Assembly: GCA_964436165.1 (NCBI GenBank)
Contig: CAYTBY010000004.1
Location: 1 to 58,796, forward strand
DNA length: 58,796 nucleotides
From: an uncultured Candidatus Saccharibacteria bacterium
GTDB taxonomy: Bacteria; Patescibacteriota; Minisyncoccia; 2-02-FULL-40-12; GWA2-44-9
Direction of reading: 5' to 3'
How positions within the stretch are numbered: the first letter of the stretch is position 1; each line of letters starts with the position of its first letter. Positions 49,907 to 58,685 of this stretch are shown one piece after another. Under the pieces are notes generated by a model. It was given only the letters and a program-made list of their open reading frames with translations, was not told where the DNA came from and did no database searches. The position numbers were made by a program, and so were the translations under genes.

Positions 49907-49937
49907 AAAAAACGGCTGCGAGATGCAGTCGTTTTTT
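49907..49937. terminator. Bidirectional intrinsic terminator
   Basis: aaaaaacggctgc-gagat-gcagtcgtttttt between convergent genes. Confidence 0.75.
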
Positions 49938-51583
49938 TACATTTCAAAATATGATTCGGTTATTCCCTGGCTAATGTCCAAATTTAGCTTGCTTAATACA
50001 CGTTTAATTTTATTTTCGTTTTTCATCTTATTATCTGATCTAATCTCCAAAAAGTTTCCCAGAACCCTCTTCCTGAATTCATCAATAACATAGACGGAAT
50101 CAAGAGAAAAAACTACACCGTCGAGCTGGAATAGTTCCCTGGTTTTCTTGACTGTTTTAATACAATTTCCATAAAGAGCTAAAAATTTATTTTTTACTTC
50201 CTCGGTAATTTCAAATTCGAATTTTGGTCTCTTTCTGAAGGACGATCTTACCTTTGGTCCTTTGTAGGTAAGGATGAAAAGCGCGCCCTCTTCTCTTATC
50301 CTTAAAATCTCTCCGGTATCAACAAGGTTTCTATCTTTCGGATTGTAATAGTAATCTGTCTGAACAACGGCCCCCAACCGGTCAGCGCCTAATTTTCTTA
50401 AACTCTCCGAGTCTATGTCGGCAACAAATTTAATCTGAACTTCATGAAGACCGGACTTTTCAGCTTCTACTTCTGGGTTATATTCATTATTAATTATTAT
50501 GTCAGCATTGTTCTTGGTAGCTTGAACATATTTTTCGTGCATTGGCTCCACTATTTCTGAGAAATACTTTAAAATATCAGACGGTTTCTGGCCGGTTCTC
50601 TCGACATCTCTAAGCAACCTTCTGAGAATTCGGCCATGAAAACCTATATCGACGAAGATTCTGATATCCCCCTCACCGACCAAAGCTTCATTTAAGGCAA
50701 AAAGTCCTTCCAAAATTATAACCTTTGCTGACCTAAATACTTCTGAACCTATCGGCTCCCCGCTTTTAAAACTATAGACCGGTTTATCTATAAACGTTTC
50801 TCTTTTTAGTAATGCGAGGTGTTCTTTTAAAAGCCCGAGGTCTAGGGCTTCGGGCTGATCCCAATTCAAAATTACGCCCCGCTCCTTTTCTCTGTCCATA
50901 TAACTACGGCCACGATAGTAATCGTCCATCGATAATATAGCCGCTTTATCGCCAAACCTACTCTTAATCTTATCGGCCACAGCGCTAGTTTTTCCGGAAG
51001 CCGAACCGCCTGCTACCTGAATAATAACCGACTGCCGACCATTCTTTAAAATTTTATCCACTAAAGCAATGACTCTGGCAATTCCTGATTCCAGGTCAAA
51101 CTTATATTTATTCCCTAATCCGTCAAATCCATGCGTAGCCAAGTTGTTACTCGAATATTTTTTGTCATCGGTTACATCTCGACCGAACCATTCAGGAGGT
51201 ATGAAACTCTTGGCGTTATTTTCCGTTTTAAACTCTACCTCAGCAGTATAAAGATCGTCAAAGTCACGATAGATATCTAATTCTATTATAAATCCATTAT
51301 ATGGAATATAAAAACGGGTCTTCCAGAGACGTCTGCCTATGGTTTTAGGCCACAATGAATAAAATTCTTCTTTCGTTATTTCCATGTCGCCGTCTGGACC
51401 AATATCCCTTACGACGCCATGACCGGATTTCTTAACCTTAAAATATTTGTCGCCCTCGCGTCTTATCCTGGTATCTAATCCATCCTTGTCCTTAAAATAA
51501 CCGGCTACCAGTTCCTTATGCGGATACGAATCTAAATTTTTCGGTATAAGTTTAACTTCCCATTTTCGTTCTATTTCTTGCAT
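49937..51583 (-). CDS. CYTH - uridine kinase-like - CYTH fusion protein
   Basis: EIERKW...EVEF; GGSASGKT...DDYY...EGLF; EVQIKF...QTDYY...LRIR...LEI. Confidence 0.85.
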   Translation of the reverse strand: MQEIERKWEVKLIPKNLDSYPHKELVAGYFKDKDGLDTRIRREGDKYFKVKKSGHGVVRDIGPDGDMEITKEEFYSLWPKTIGRRLWKTRFYIPYNGFIIELDIYRDFDDLYTAEVEFKTENNAKSFIPPEWFGRDVTDDKKYSSNNLATHGFDGLGNKYKFDLESGIARVIALVDKILKNGRQSVIIQVAGGSASGKTSAVADKIKSRFGDKAAILSMDDYYRGRSYMDREKERGVILNWDQPEALDLGLLKEHLALLKRETFIDKPVYSFKSGEPIGSEVFRSAKVIILEGLFALNEALVGEGDIRIFVDIGFHGRILRRLLRDVERTGQKPSDILKYFSEIVEPMHEKYVQATKNNADIIINNEYNPEVEAEKSGLHEVQIKFVADIDSESLRKLGADRLGAVVQTDYYYNPKDRNLVDTGEILRIREEGALFILTYKGPKVRSSFRKRPKFEFEITEEVKNKFLALYGNCIKTVKKTRELFQLDGVVFSLDSVYVIDEFRKRVLGNFLEIRSDNKMKNENKIKRVLSKLNLDISQGITESYFEM

Positions 51584-51659
51584 TGATTTTTCCTTGTTAA
51601 AGTGCATCGGTTTTTATATTTAACCATATTTATATAAAATTACAAACAAAAATCCTGGG

Positions 51660-51980
51660 TTAATCCAGGATTTTTGTTATCTGAACTTTCGTGTAGGGTT
51701 GCCTGTGGCCTTTCTTTTTTCTCCTTCTTGTCTTGTTTTTATAACGAAAGACCATTTTCTTTTTACCCTTTCCTTCTTCAATTACTTTGGCCTCAACCTT
51801 AGCTCCGACCACTAGGGGTTTCCCTACCTTAATATCCTTGGCATTAGCCCAGAGCAAAACCTGATCAAAGATAACCATGCCCTGAGCTTGTCGAAGGGTT
51901 TCATCCAATTTTTCCACGCTTAAAACATCCCCTTCTTGGACTTTGTACTGTTTTCCTCCGGTTTTAATTACGGCAAACAT
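51660..51980 (-). CDS. rplU: 50S ribosomal protein L21
   Basis: MFAVIKTGGKQYKV, GHRQPYT. Confidence 0.98.
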   Translation of the reverse strand: MFAVIKTGGKQYKVQEGDVLSVEKLDETLRQAQGMVIFDQVLLWANAKDIKVGKPLVVGAKVEAKVIEEGKGKKKMVFRYKNKTRRRKKKGHRQPYTKVQITKILD

Positions 51981-52242
51981 GGTTTCGTTATGTTATCACA
52001 ATATATTTTTAGGTCAAGCTCGCCTTATTCCGTTTTTTTATTATTATTCATGAGGTCGTGCCGCTTTAAAAATTTAATTATATCTTTACCACAAATCTCA
52101 CAAAAAGATTGCGAACTAAAAGGATGGGCTATTGTTACAGCTATTTCTAATTCTTTTTGTTTAATTTGTTTACGACATAAGTCGCACTTAATAATGCGCA
52201 TTTTAGTAATTATAACAAAAAATATTGAAAAGCAATCACTCC

Positions 52243-55200
52243 TTAGCTACAAGTCAACGGTATCCAGGGCAAAATAGTCGATCCTGTTACCATCAAAGAA
52301 ATGCTTAAAATAATCGTATAAACCCCATAAATTACCAACCCGCCAATAATGGCATATAGAAACGCCTTTTTAGCATTGGCAAAGCCGGTTGGATTACCGC
52401 GTGAGAGCATAAATGCAATTCCTGAATAAATAAATACTATTCCCACTGCAATCAGAGCGAATCTTACGCTGTAGCAGGCAAGACCGGCGAATATCCTCGG
52501 CACCGACTGGACGGTAAAATTACTGCCTATCCCCTGCGCAATTGGTCCTGACGATGTGGAAGTGGGAGTGGGTGTTGGTGTTGGTCCAATAGTAGATGTT
52601 GGTATAGGGGTAGGGGTAGGTCCAATGGTAGATGTTGGCGTCGGCGTCGGCGTCGGACTAGGCAAAACAACATTAAAGAAATTAACCTGATTGGATTGAA
52701 CATAATTTGACTGTCCCTGAACTTGGGCAGTAAAGTAAATTTCTTCATTGCCCGATTCATTACCGCCGTCAATATAGTCTTGAGGAGTAAGTTGATAGGT
52801 GTAAGTTACGGCGCTGGTTGAAGAGTTGAATATTTGAGCCAACGGACCGGCGATTAGGTCGTCAGGATTAAGGGGATCTTCCTCGTATATATTTAAGTTT
52901 ATGGTTTGGCCGTTACAGGCAACAGGATCGGCCACGATTAGATTGAGTGTCGCTGTGTCTCCAACATTGTATTGACTCCCCCCCTGCCAGGTGGCCGAGG
53001 TAATGGTGCAGGGAGGATTTGCCACATTTTGGACCGTAATATAAACCACCGCAGTATTTCTGTTTCCAGCTGAATCCCTGGCCCTAGCCGTGAGCTTGTG
53101 ACTGCCGTTGGTAAATTGAGTTGAATCAAATGTGACTGAATATGGGAGTGTCGTATCTTCCGGTCCCAAAGCAACTCCTGACGCGCCATCAAATCTAAAC
53201 TCCACACCGACTACTCCGACTGCGTCAGTTGCCAAAGCCGAAAGAAGAACATTTGTCCCGCTAATTATAGAACCGTCGGCTGGGGCAGTGATTGATATTG
53301 CCGGCGGGGTAACATCTATCCCTGGCTGGCCAAGAACAATTTCCGAAAGAAACGTCCACCAGCTGTTCCAAATTTTTAATCTACTCTGCTGGCAATTTGA
53401 AGGCAATCCCTGGAGAATTATCTGATAAAGACCGTCTGTCACTGGTTGAGCCAGAGTCCACTCCATATTTCTAGTCAGTCCGCACCACAGTTCGATTCTA
53501 GTGGGAAGATAAATCCCGGAAGCTTGATTTCTTAAAGTATGAAGCGTTACTTGGTTTGGAATATTGCCGCTGGCTGGACTAATTTGGATATCAAAATTAA
53601 AACTTGGCTGACCAATTATACCCACCCATTCAGAATTACGAAAATCAGTCGGACTAAAGAGGCCATTATTTAGCTCCGTTCCCGCATCGGAGTAAGCCGA
53701 GTCAGGTGAAGCACTAAAAGTATAAGTATACGGTGTTATGGGAACGTGGTAGTAAGAGTGAACATAATCAACATACATATAGTCCGGCAGGGAAGCCTGG
53801 GCAATGTCCCCGCCCCAGGTCCCGACCTCGTTTGTAACTAAAACGTACCCGGGCTGCTGAGATACTCCACCGCCAGAAGATTGAAAGGTTTGATTTCCAT
53901 CGGCATAAAAACGATACTCTGTTGGCTGCCAATTTAACCCAACCTCATGGTATCCCTGGCTAATACCAGGAACATTAGATAGTAAACTGTCTCCCTGATG
54001 ATCCACTCCATACCCGTCCCAGCCACTACCATTGTTTATAATATCGCCGATCGCTGGCTTCTCAATTATATCTATCTCCGCTCCGTCTTGAGCTGAATTA
54101 TCAACTCTCGTATAGTCACCAGAAAGCATCCAAAAAGCGCCCCAATTGCCCGGTTGCATCATAAAATCGATTTTCGCGCCAAAGTACCCGAACTTTTGGT
54201 TGTATTTACCGTTTGTATCAATTGCTCCGCTAGTGTAAGCCGGGATTCCATTATCTAATCCGGTCCTCTGGACTAACTGCCCCTGACCATTTAAGTAAGA
54301 AGCGTCTCTGGTCCACCAATTAGGAGGTACGGTCAGATTTTGGCGTAAATAATCACCGAGTTGATTCCACTTGGTGCCTTCTATTGTACTCCCGTCAAAC
54401 TCGTCATAAAAAGTCAATTGCCAAACGGTGCCAGCGGGAGGAGTAGGAAGAAGTTCTTGGGGAAGAACAATGGCTGAAAAAGCGGGCAATGACGATGGAG
54501 TTGGCGTTGGCGTCGGCGTTGGAGTAGGTGTTGGAGTTTGGGTTGGAGTTGGAATGGGTGTCGGAGTTGGAGAAATAACAGTACCACCGATTCCGATTAT
54601 CTCGGAACCAGTGATAAAGGCTCCCATATTTATGGCTGAACCGCTGGAGATTCCTCCGATTCGACCAGCATTGCGAGCTGAGGAGCCTGATTGCAATCGA
54701 AATGCAGTCGCTGGAGGAGTACCGGTTAATGGCCCGACAAAAAGTGGATCGGTGGTGATTGAATTTAGATCAAAACCTAAAGATTGCCATTGAGATAAGG
54801 ATTGAATCCCGCCAGAGAGAAAGAATCCTGCATATGGTGAAGTCGGCGCACGATAGTTAGAATAGTTGGAAAGTAGCTGAGTTGTTGTCGGAGATCCAGG
54901 GTCAAATCTTAATGAAGCATTATTGTATCCGTTTGGAACAGTATTTAGATTGATAATATTGTTGTAAAATTGCATGCCCGGTAAAGATATGTATTCAGCT
55001 ATACCAATGCGGCCATTATGCATAGTATTATTGTAAACTGACATATTACCATCACGGCTTGCGTCGCCAAGATTAAACAAGACACCTACTGGGGTATTGG
55101 CTATTACGTTGTTTCGAATTATGTTCCCCTGAACCGGACATGCACCGCACCTAGAGGAAGTGAAGCCGTTGAAGAGAACCCCATAAGAATAGACGTCATG

Positions 55201-57117
55201 GATGTAATTTAATTCATGGACATTGGAGACGCCATTCTCTTTATCAAAGATAGCCACATTGCATTGTGACAGGTCATTATTGTGAACATGGGTATTATGG
55301 GCATCGTATAGCTTGATGCAGGCAGCGTTTTGATGGGTATCACTGACATAATATACATTACGAATTATGTTGTTTCGGAGAATGACGTAATCGGCTTGCT
55401 CAACACGTATCCCGTCGTAGTTGCCCGTTCCTCCGGTTGAGCCAGTACTGCCCTTATTGATTATCATATTTTCAATTATCACGTTATTGGAGCTTTGAAT
55501 GCGAATATCAGTACTTGGAGCGGTAACAAAACCATCCCAAATTATATGGTTCCTGCTTGATGTACCGATAACTGGATTATTAACCCCATTACCTCCCTGA
55601 AGATTCCTTGAAACTATCGGCTGATGACGTGAACCACTTACTGGTGTATAGGCACGAAAAGAGATGGGTTGGGAGGCAGTTCCGGAATTGGAGGGATTAA
55701 ATTTGGGATTGGGATCGCCAGATATGGCCACCGTAATATCCGTATACGTTCCGTTTTTCACACAGACTGTAGCTCCGGCGCTGATGGGAGTAAAGGTTCC
55801 TACTCCTCCGCCTTGTTCTCTTGAAGGAATACCATCAACTGCTCGGTGGAGTGTCCGCCATGGCGCTGTTTCACTAGTGCCGGCATTGGAATCACTAGCA
55901 TTGGTATGGTTCTGATCAACGTAATGAGTGCAGCTAGTCGTAGAAATTGGTGTTGGAGTTGGTGTTGGTGTTAGGGTTGGGGTGGGGGTAGGAGTAGCAG
56001 AGGGGATCGGTGTAGGAGTAGGTGTGGGAGTTAACGTAGGAGTCGGTATTGATCCCCCGCTACCCAATACATACTGCCAAGTTTCACCAGCACGAGCACT
56101 AGAAGCATTCTCGTCAGCCCATAAAATAATGCGATCTTGGAAAGGAACGTAAGTCATTTCAAAATGATGAACCTCTGGACGGGGAGTACCAGTGACATTA
56201 GTCCAAGTATTTATGTTGTAGTCATAAGTCCAGGTTGTATTGTTGTCGGCAGCAACAAGGACTGCCAACTGGCTTTGGATGTCATAGGCCATTTTTAGAA
56301 AAATACCTGTCGGCTGGCCAGTAGTTCCTCTTAGACTCCAGCAGTTAGTATTATAATCATAAGCCCAGGTTTGCATTAATCCGTTTGAACTATAGCCGGT
56401 CATCAAGACTCTATCGACGGAATATACATAAGCCATAGCGTGAGTGTGCATAGCTGGAGGACGATTACTTAAACAGCTTGGACTCATTATAGAATCTCGA
56501 TTCTGCCAGGTATTGGTTGCATCATCATAGGCCCAGGTTACGTTGTCCTGAAAATAGTATCCTCCAAATAGAATCGCCCGATCAGATTCACTGTCATAAG
56601 CCATAGCGTGACCCCAGCGGTTGCCAGGGTTAGAGACCGGATTAGGATTAGTCCAGCTATTGGTGTTAAAATTGTAAATCCAGGTTTCGTTGCTGCCACT
56701 GCCTCCTTGTAGCTGACCGCCATAAAGAATCATCCGATCACTTGTGCTATCATAGACCATCACCGCATGGCCGCGGGGGCTGGGTCTTGATGCTGGCGAC
56801 ATTTGTGACCAAATATTGGTTCCTACGTTATATATCCAGGTCTGATCAGTATAAGTGGCGCCGCCATGGTCACCAAACATAACAATCCTCTGGCTTTCGG
56901 AGTCATAAGCCAGGGCTGGGCCATCTTTATGACCTGGGGGGCTGGTTGAGTTGAGTAGGGTCCAGGTGCCGGATACTTGAGCCAAAGAAGGAGAAGAAAT
57001 ATGTGCTGTATACAAGAATCCAAAACTAATCGTCGTAGCAATTATTAGTACAAAAAAGAAATGAAACCTGTGATGATGTTCCTTAATATAGTCCGGGAGA
57101 AATTTATAAGAGGACAT
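52243..57117 (-). CDS. Large multidomain surface protein: Kelch-like propeller, right-handed beta-helix, GH16, Ig-like and C-terminal pilin-like membrane domain
   Basis: MAYDSES repeats; parallel beta-helix repeats; GH16 EIDIIE; PT linkers; C-terminal ...GNP...AKK...AIIG. Confidence 0.85.
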   Translation of the reverse strand: MSSYKFLPDYIKEHHHRFHFFFVLIIATTISFGFLYTAHISSPSLAQVSGTWTLLNSTSPPGHKDGPALAYDSESQRIVMFGDHGGATYTDQTWIYNVGTNIWSQMSPASRPSPRGHAVMVYDSTSDRMILYGGQLQGGSGSNETWIYNFNTNSWTNPNPVSNPGNRWGHAMAYDSESDRAILFGGYYFQDNVTWAYDDATNTWQNRDSIMSPSCLSNRPPAMHTHAMAYVYSVDRVLMTGYSSNGLMQTWAYDYNTNCWSLRGTTGQPTGIFLKMAYDIQSQLAVLVAADNNTTWTYDYNINTWTNVTGTPRPEVHHFEMTYVPFQDRIILWADENASSARAGETWQYVLGSGGSIPTPTLTPTPTPTPIPSATPTPTPTLTPTPTPTPISTTSCTHYVDQNHTNASDSNAGTSETAPWRTLHRAVDGIPSREQGGGVGTFTPISAGATVCVKNGTYTDITVAISGDPNPKFNPSNSGTASQPISFRAYTPVSGSRHQPIVSRNLQGGNGVNNPVIGTSSRNHIIWDGFVTAPSTDIRIQSSNNVIIENMIINKGSTGSTGGTGNYDGIRVEQADYVILRNNIIRNVYYVSDTHQNAACIKLYDAHNTHVHNNDLSQCNVAIFDKENGVSNVHELNYIHDVYSYGVLFNGFTSSRCGACPVQGNIIRNNVIANTPVGVLFNLGDASRDGNMSVYNNTMHNGRIGIAEYISLPGMQFYNNIINLNTVPNGYNNASLRFDPGSPTTTQLLSNYSNYRAPTSPYAGFFLSGGIQSLSQWQSLGFDLNSITTDPLFVGPLTGTPPATAFRLQSGSSARNAGRIGGISSGSAINMGAFITGSEIIGIGGTVISPTPTPIPTPTQTPTPTPTPTPTPTPSSLPAFSAIVLPQELLPTPPAGTVWQLTFYDEFDGSTIEGTKWNQLGDYLRQNLTVPPNWWTRDASYLNGQGQLVQRTGLDNGIPAYTSGAIDTNGKYNQKFGYFGAKIDFMMQPGNWGAFWMLSGDYTRVDNSAQDGAEIDIIEKPAIGDIINNGSGWDGYGVDHQGDSLLSNVPGISQGYHEVGLNWQPTEYRFYADGNQTFQSSGGGVSQQPGYVLVTNEVGTWGGDIAQASLPDYMYVDYVHSYYHVPITPYTYTFSASPDSAYSDAGTELNNGLFSPTDFRNSEWVGIIGQPSFNFDIQISPASGNIPNQVTLHTLRNQASGIYLPTRIELWCGLTRNMEWTLAQPVTDGLYQIILQGLPSNCQQSRLKIWNSWWTFLSEIVLGQPGIDVTPPAISITAPADGSIISGTNVLLSALATDAVGVVGVEFRFDGASGVALGPEDTTLPYSVTFDSTQFTNGSHKLTARARDSAGNRNTAVVYITVQNVANPPCTITSATWQGGSQYNVGDTATLNLIVADPVACNGQTINLNIYEEDPLNPDDLIAGPLAQIFNSSTSAVTYTYQLTPQDYIDGGNESGNEEIYFTAQVQGQSNYVQSNQVNFFNVVLPSPTPTPTPTSTIGPTPTPIPTSTIGPTPTPTPTSTSSGPIAQGIGSNFTVQSVPRIFAGLACYSVRFALIAVGIVFIYSGIAFMLSRGNPTGFANAKKAFLYAIIGGLVIYGVYTIILSISLMVTGSTILPWIPLTCS

Positions 57118-57754
57118 TTGGAAGTAATTTTTTAGCTTCAGAATTGAAAAATTCTTTTAATTCTTCAACAGAAAGTGGCTTAACCATTTTGGGCAATGCT
57201 ACAATATTTCTAACTTTAGCAAAAGAACTTCCTATAGTTAACGGGTCTAACTTAGTGTTGAATTTAATTAATACCTTGTTCTGTAGTTTTTCTAGCGAGT
57301 ATTTTTGAATAAGAAAATAGAGATCTACAAAATCTTTGGGATCAAAACGGTCAGTAATTGTAATTAGTTTATTGACGGCGATATCAAATTCGCTATCCAC
57401 CCTAGCGCCATTAAAATCATTGGCAATTTCAAGCTGTTTGAAAGGATATTTTGTAAACTCAACTTTATATTCTTCATCCCCTGCGCCATAAAAAAACTGA
57501 TTACGATCATACAATTTAGAAAATCTAGTTTTCTCAGCTCCGACTATCTTTCTTAGGTCATCTGCAATACTATGAATAAAAATTGGATCGAAATCGTCAA
57601 AAGAAAAAAAATCCAGATCATCGGATATGCGATGATACAAATAATAACCAGCCAAAGCTGTCCCGCCGGTTAGATATAAATTATTCAGATTTTTTTTCGA
57701 GAAAACAAAACCTATGGCTTTTTTCTGCCATTCTTTTAGAATTTCTTGTTCCAT
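57104..57754 (-). CDS. AbiEii/AbiGii-family nucleotidyltransferase toxin, paralogue 2
   Basis: Highly similar to 22430..23080. Confidence 0.9.
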   Translation of the reverse strand: MEQEILKEWQKKAIGFVFSKKNLNNLYLTGGTALAGYYLYHRISDDLDFFSFDDFDPIFIHSIADDLRKIVGAEKTRFSKLYDRNQFFYGAGDEEYKVEFTKYPFKQLEIANDFNGARVDSEFDIAVNKLITITDRFDPKDFVDLYFLIQKYSLEKLQNKVLIKFNTKLDPLTIGSSFAKVRNIVALPKMVKPLSVEELKEFFNSEAKKLLPNVLL

Positions 57755-57936
57755 AATAGAAGTTCGAGAAAGGCTCTTTTTTCATCTTGAATATTAAGTT
57801 CTTCGAGGTATTTCTCGAGCTGTTTTTTATCCAACTTTTCATCGCCCAAGCCATAATTTATTAACCTTTCTAAATGCCATTTTGGATCATGCTGGGCCTG
57901 CTTCTCATATTCTGTTGTATTATAATCCCAAGGCAT
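57736..57936 (-). CDS. Small partner (putative antitoxin), paralogue 2
   Basis: Similar to 23062..23262 with the same overlap. Confidence 0.8.
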   Translation of the reverse strand: MPWDYNTTEYEKQAQHDPKWHLERLINYGLGDEKLDKKQLEKYLEELNIQDEKRAFLELLLWNKKF

Positions 57937-58100
57937 AATTAGATTATATCACATTTGCCACCCAAAACAAAAAGGAAATGAAACCTGTGGTGACGTTCTT
58001 TAATAAAACTGGCCAATTGGTCTGATAAGGACACTAGTTACATTATACTAAATATTTTCTATTTTAAAAAATGTGTTAAAATACAGTAGTTATGGCGCCA

Positions 58101-58397
58101 CCCTCACACCTACTCAGCTTAATCATGTATTATTTCTATGTCTTAAAAAGTACCCAAGATAACGAACTTTATTTTGGATACACCGAAGATCTAAAGAATA
58201 GATTGTTGCAACACAATTCCGGGGAGGTTCAATCTACAAGATTGAGAAAACCTCTAATTTTGGTATACTATGAGGCATACACATCACAATCTGATGCTAA
58301 ACACAGAGAATATAGCATTAAGCTGAGAGGTAATGCCTATCTACAGCTAAAAAGAAGAATAAAGAATTGTGTTGCAAAAGCTGAGTAGGTGTGAGGG
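58101..58397 (+). mobile_element. 297-bp TIR element carrying a GIY-YIG gene, at the 5' end of a tRNA-Glu-like sequence
   Basis: Perfect 20-bp TIR ccctcacacctactcagctt / aagctgagtaggtgtgaggg; CGCCA duplicated on both sides. Confidence 0.85.
58125..58388 (+). CDS. Stand-alone GIY-YIG nuclease
   Basis: YFYVLKS...LYFGYT.DLKNRL.QHN.G...LVYYEAY...A..RE. Confidence 0.92.
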   Translation: MYYFYVLKSTQDNELYFGYTEDLKNRLLQHNSGEVQSTRLRKPLILVYYEAYTSQSDAKHREYSIKLRGNAYLQLKRRIKNCVAKAE

Positions 58398-58685
58398 CGC
58401 CATCGTCTATCGCCAGCCAGAGGCTGGTCCGCCCATGGCGGAGTTAGGACATCCCGCACATAGCTGTTCCGCTGACCGCCAAACAAAACGGGGGCGGGCT
58501 ATATGCGGGACAGGTATGCTTCCTTGCCCCGTACATAACTCCCACTAAATGGCCTCATCGTCTAGTGGTTAGGACATCGCGTTCTCATCGCGGGAACACG
58601 GGTTCGACTCCCGTTGAGGCTGCTAATGGTGGGAGTTATGTGCGGGATCATTCTAGTAACTGGGGTTCAAATCCCCATGGCGGTG
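58396..58685 (+). pseudogene. Interrupted tRNA-Glu-like sequence
   Basis: 5' part GGCGCCATCGTCTATCG[30 nt]GTTAGGACA; 3' part TCATTCTAGTAACTGGGGTTCAAATCCCCATGGCGGTG. Confidence 0.65.
58551..58622 (+). tRNA. tRNA-Glu(CTC)
   Basis: Acceptor GGCCTCA/TGAGGCT, D arm, anticodon arm TCGCG-TTCTCAT-CGCGG, T arm ACGGG-TTCGACT-CCCGT; CCA not encoded. Confidence 0.95.

Noticed and set aside
58092-58124. N-terminal extension MAPPSHLLSLI of the GIY-YIG ORF
   Set aside because: It is translation through the target duplication and left TIR; the domain begins at ATG 58125
58396-58685. Group I intron in the tRNA anticodon loop
   Set aside because: Inserts are short simple hairpins with no P/Q/R/S catalytic core
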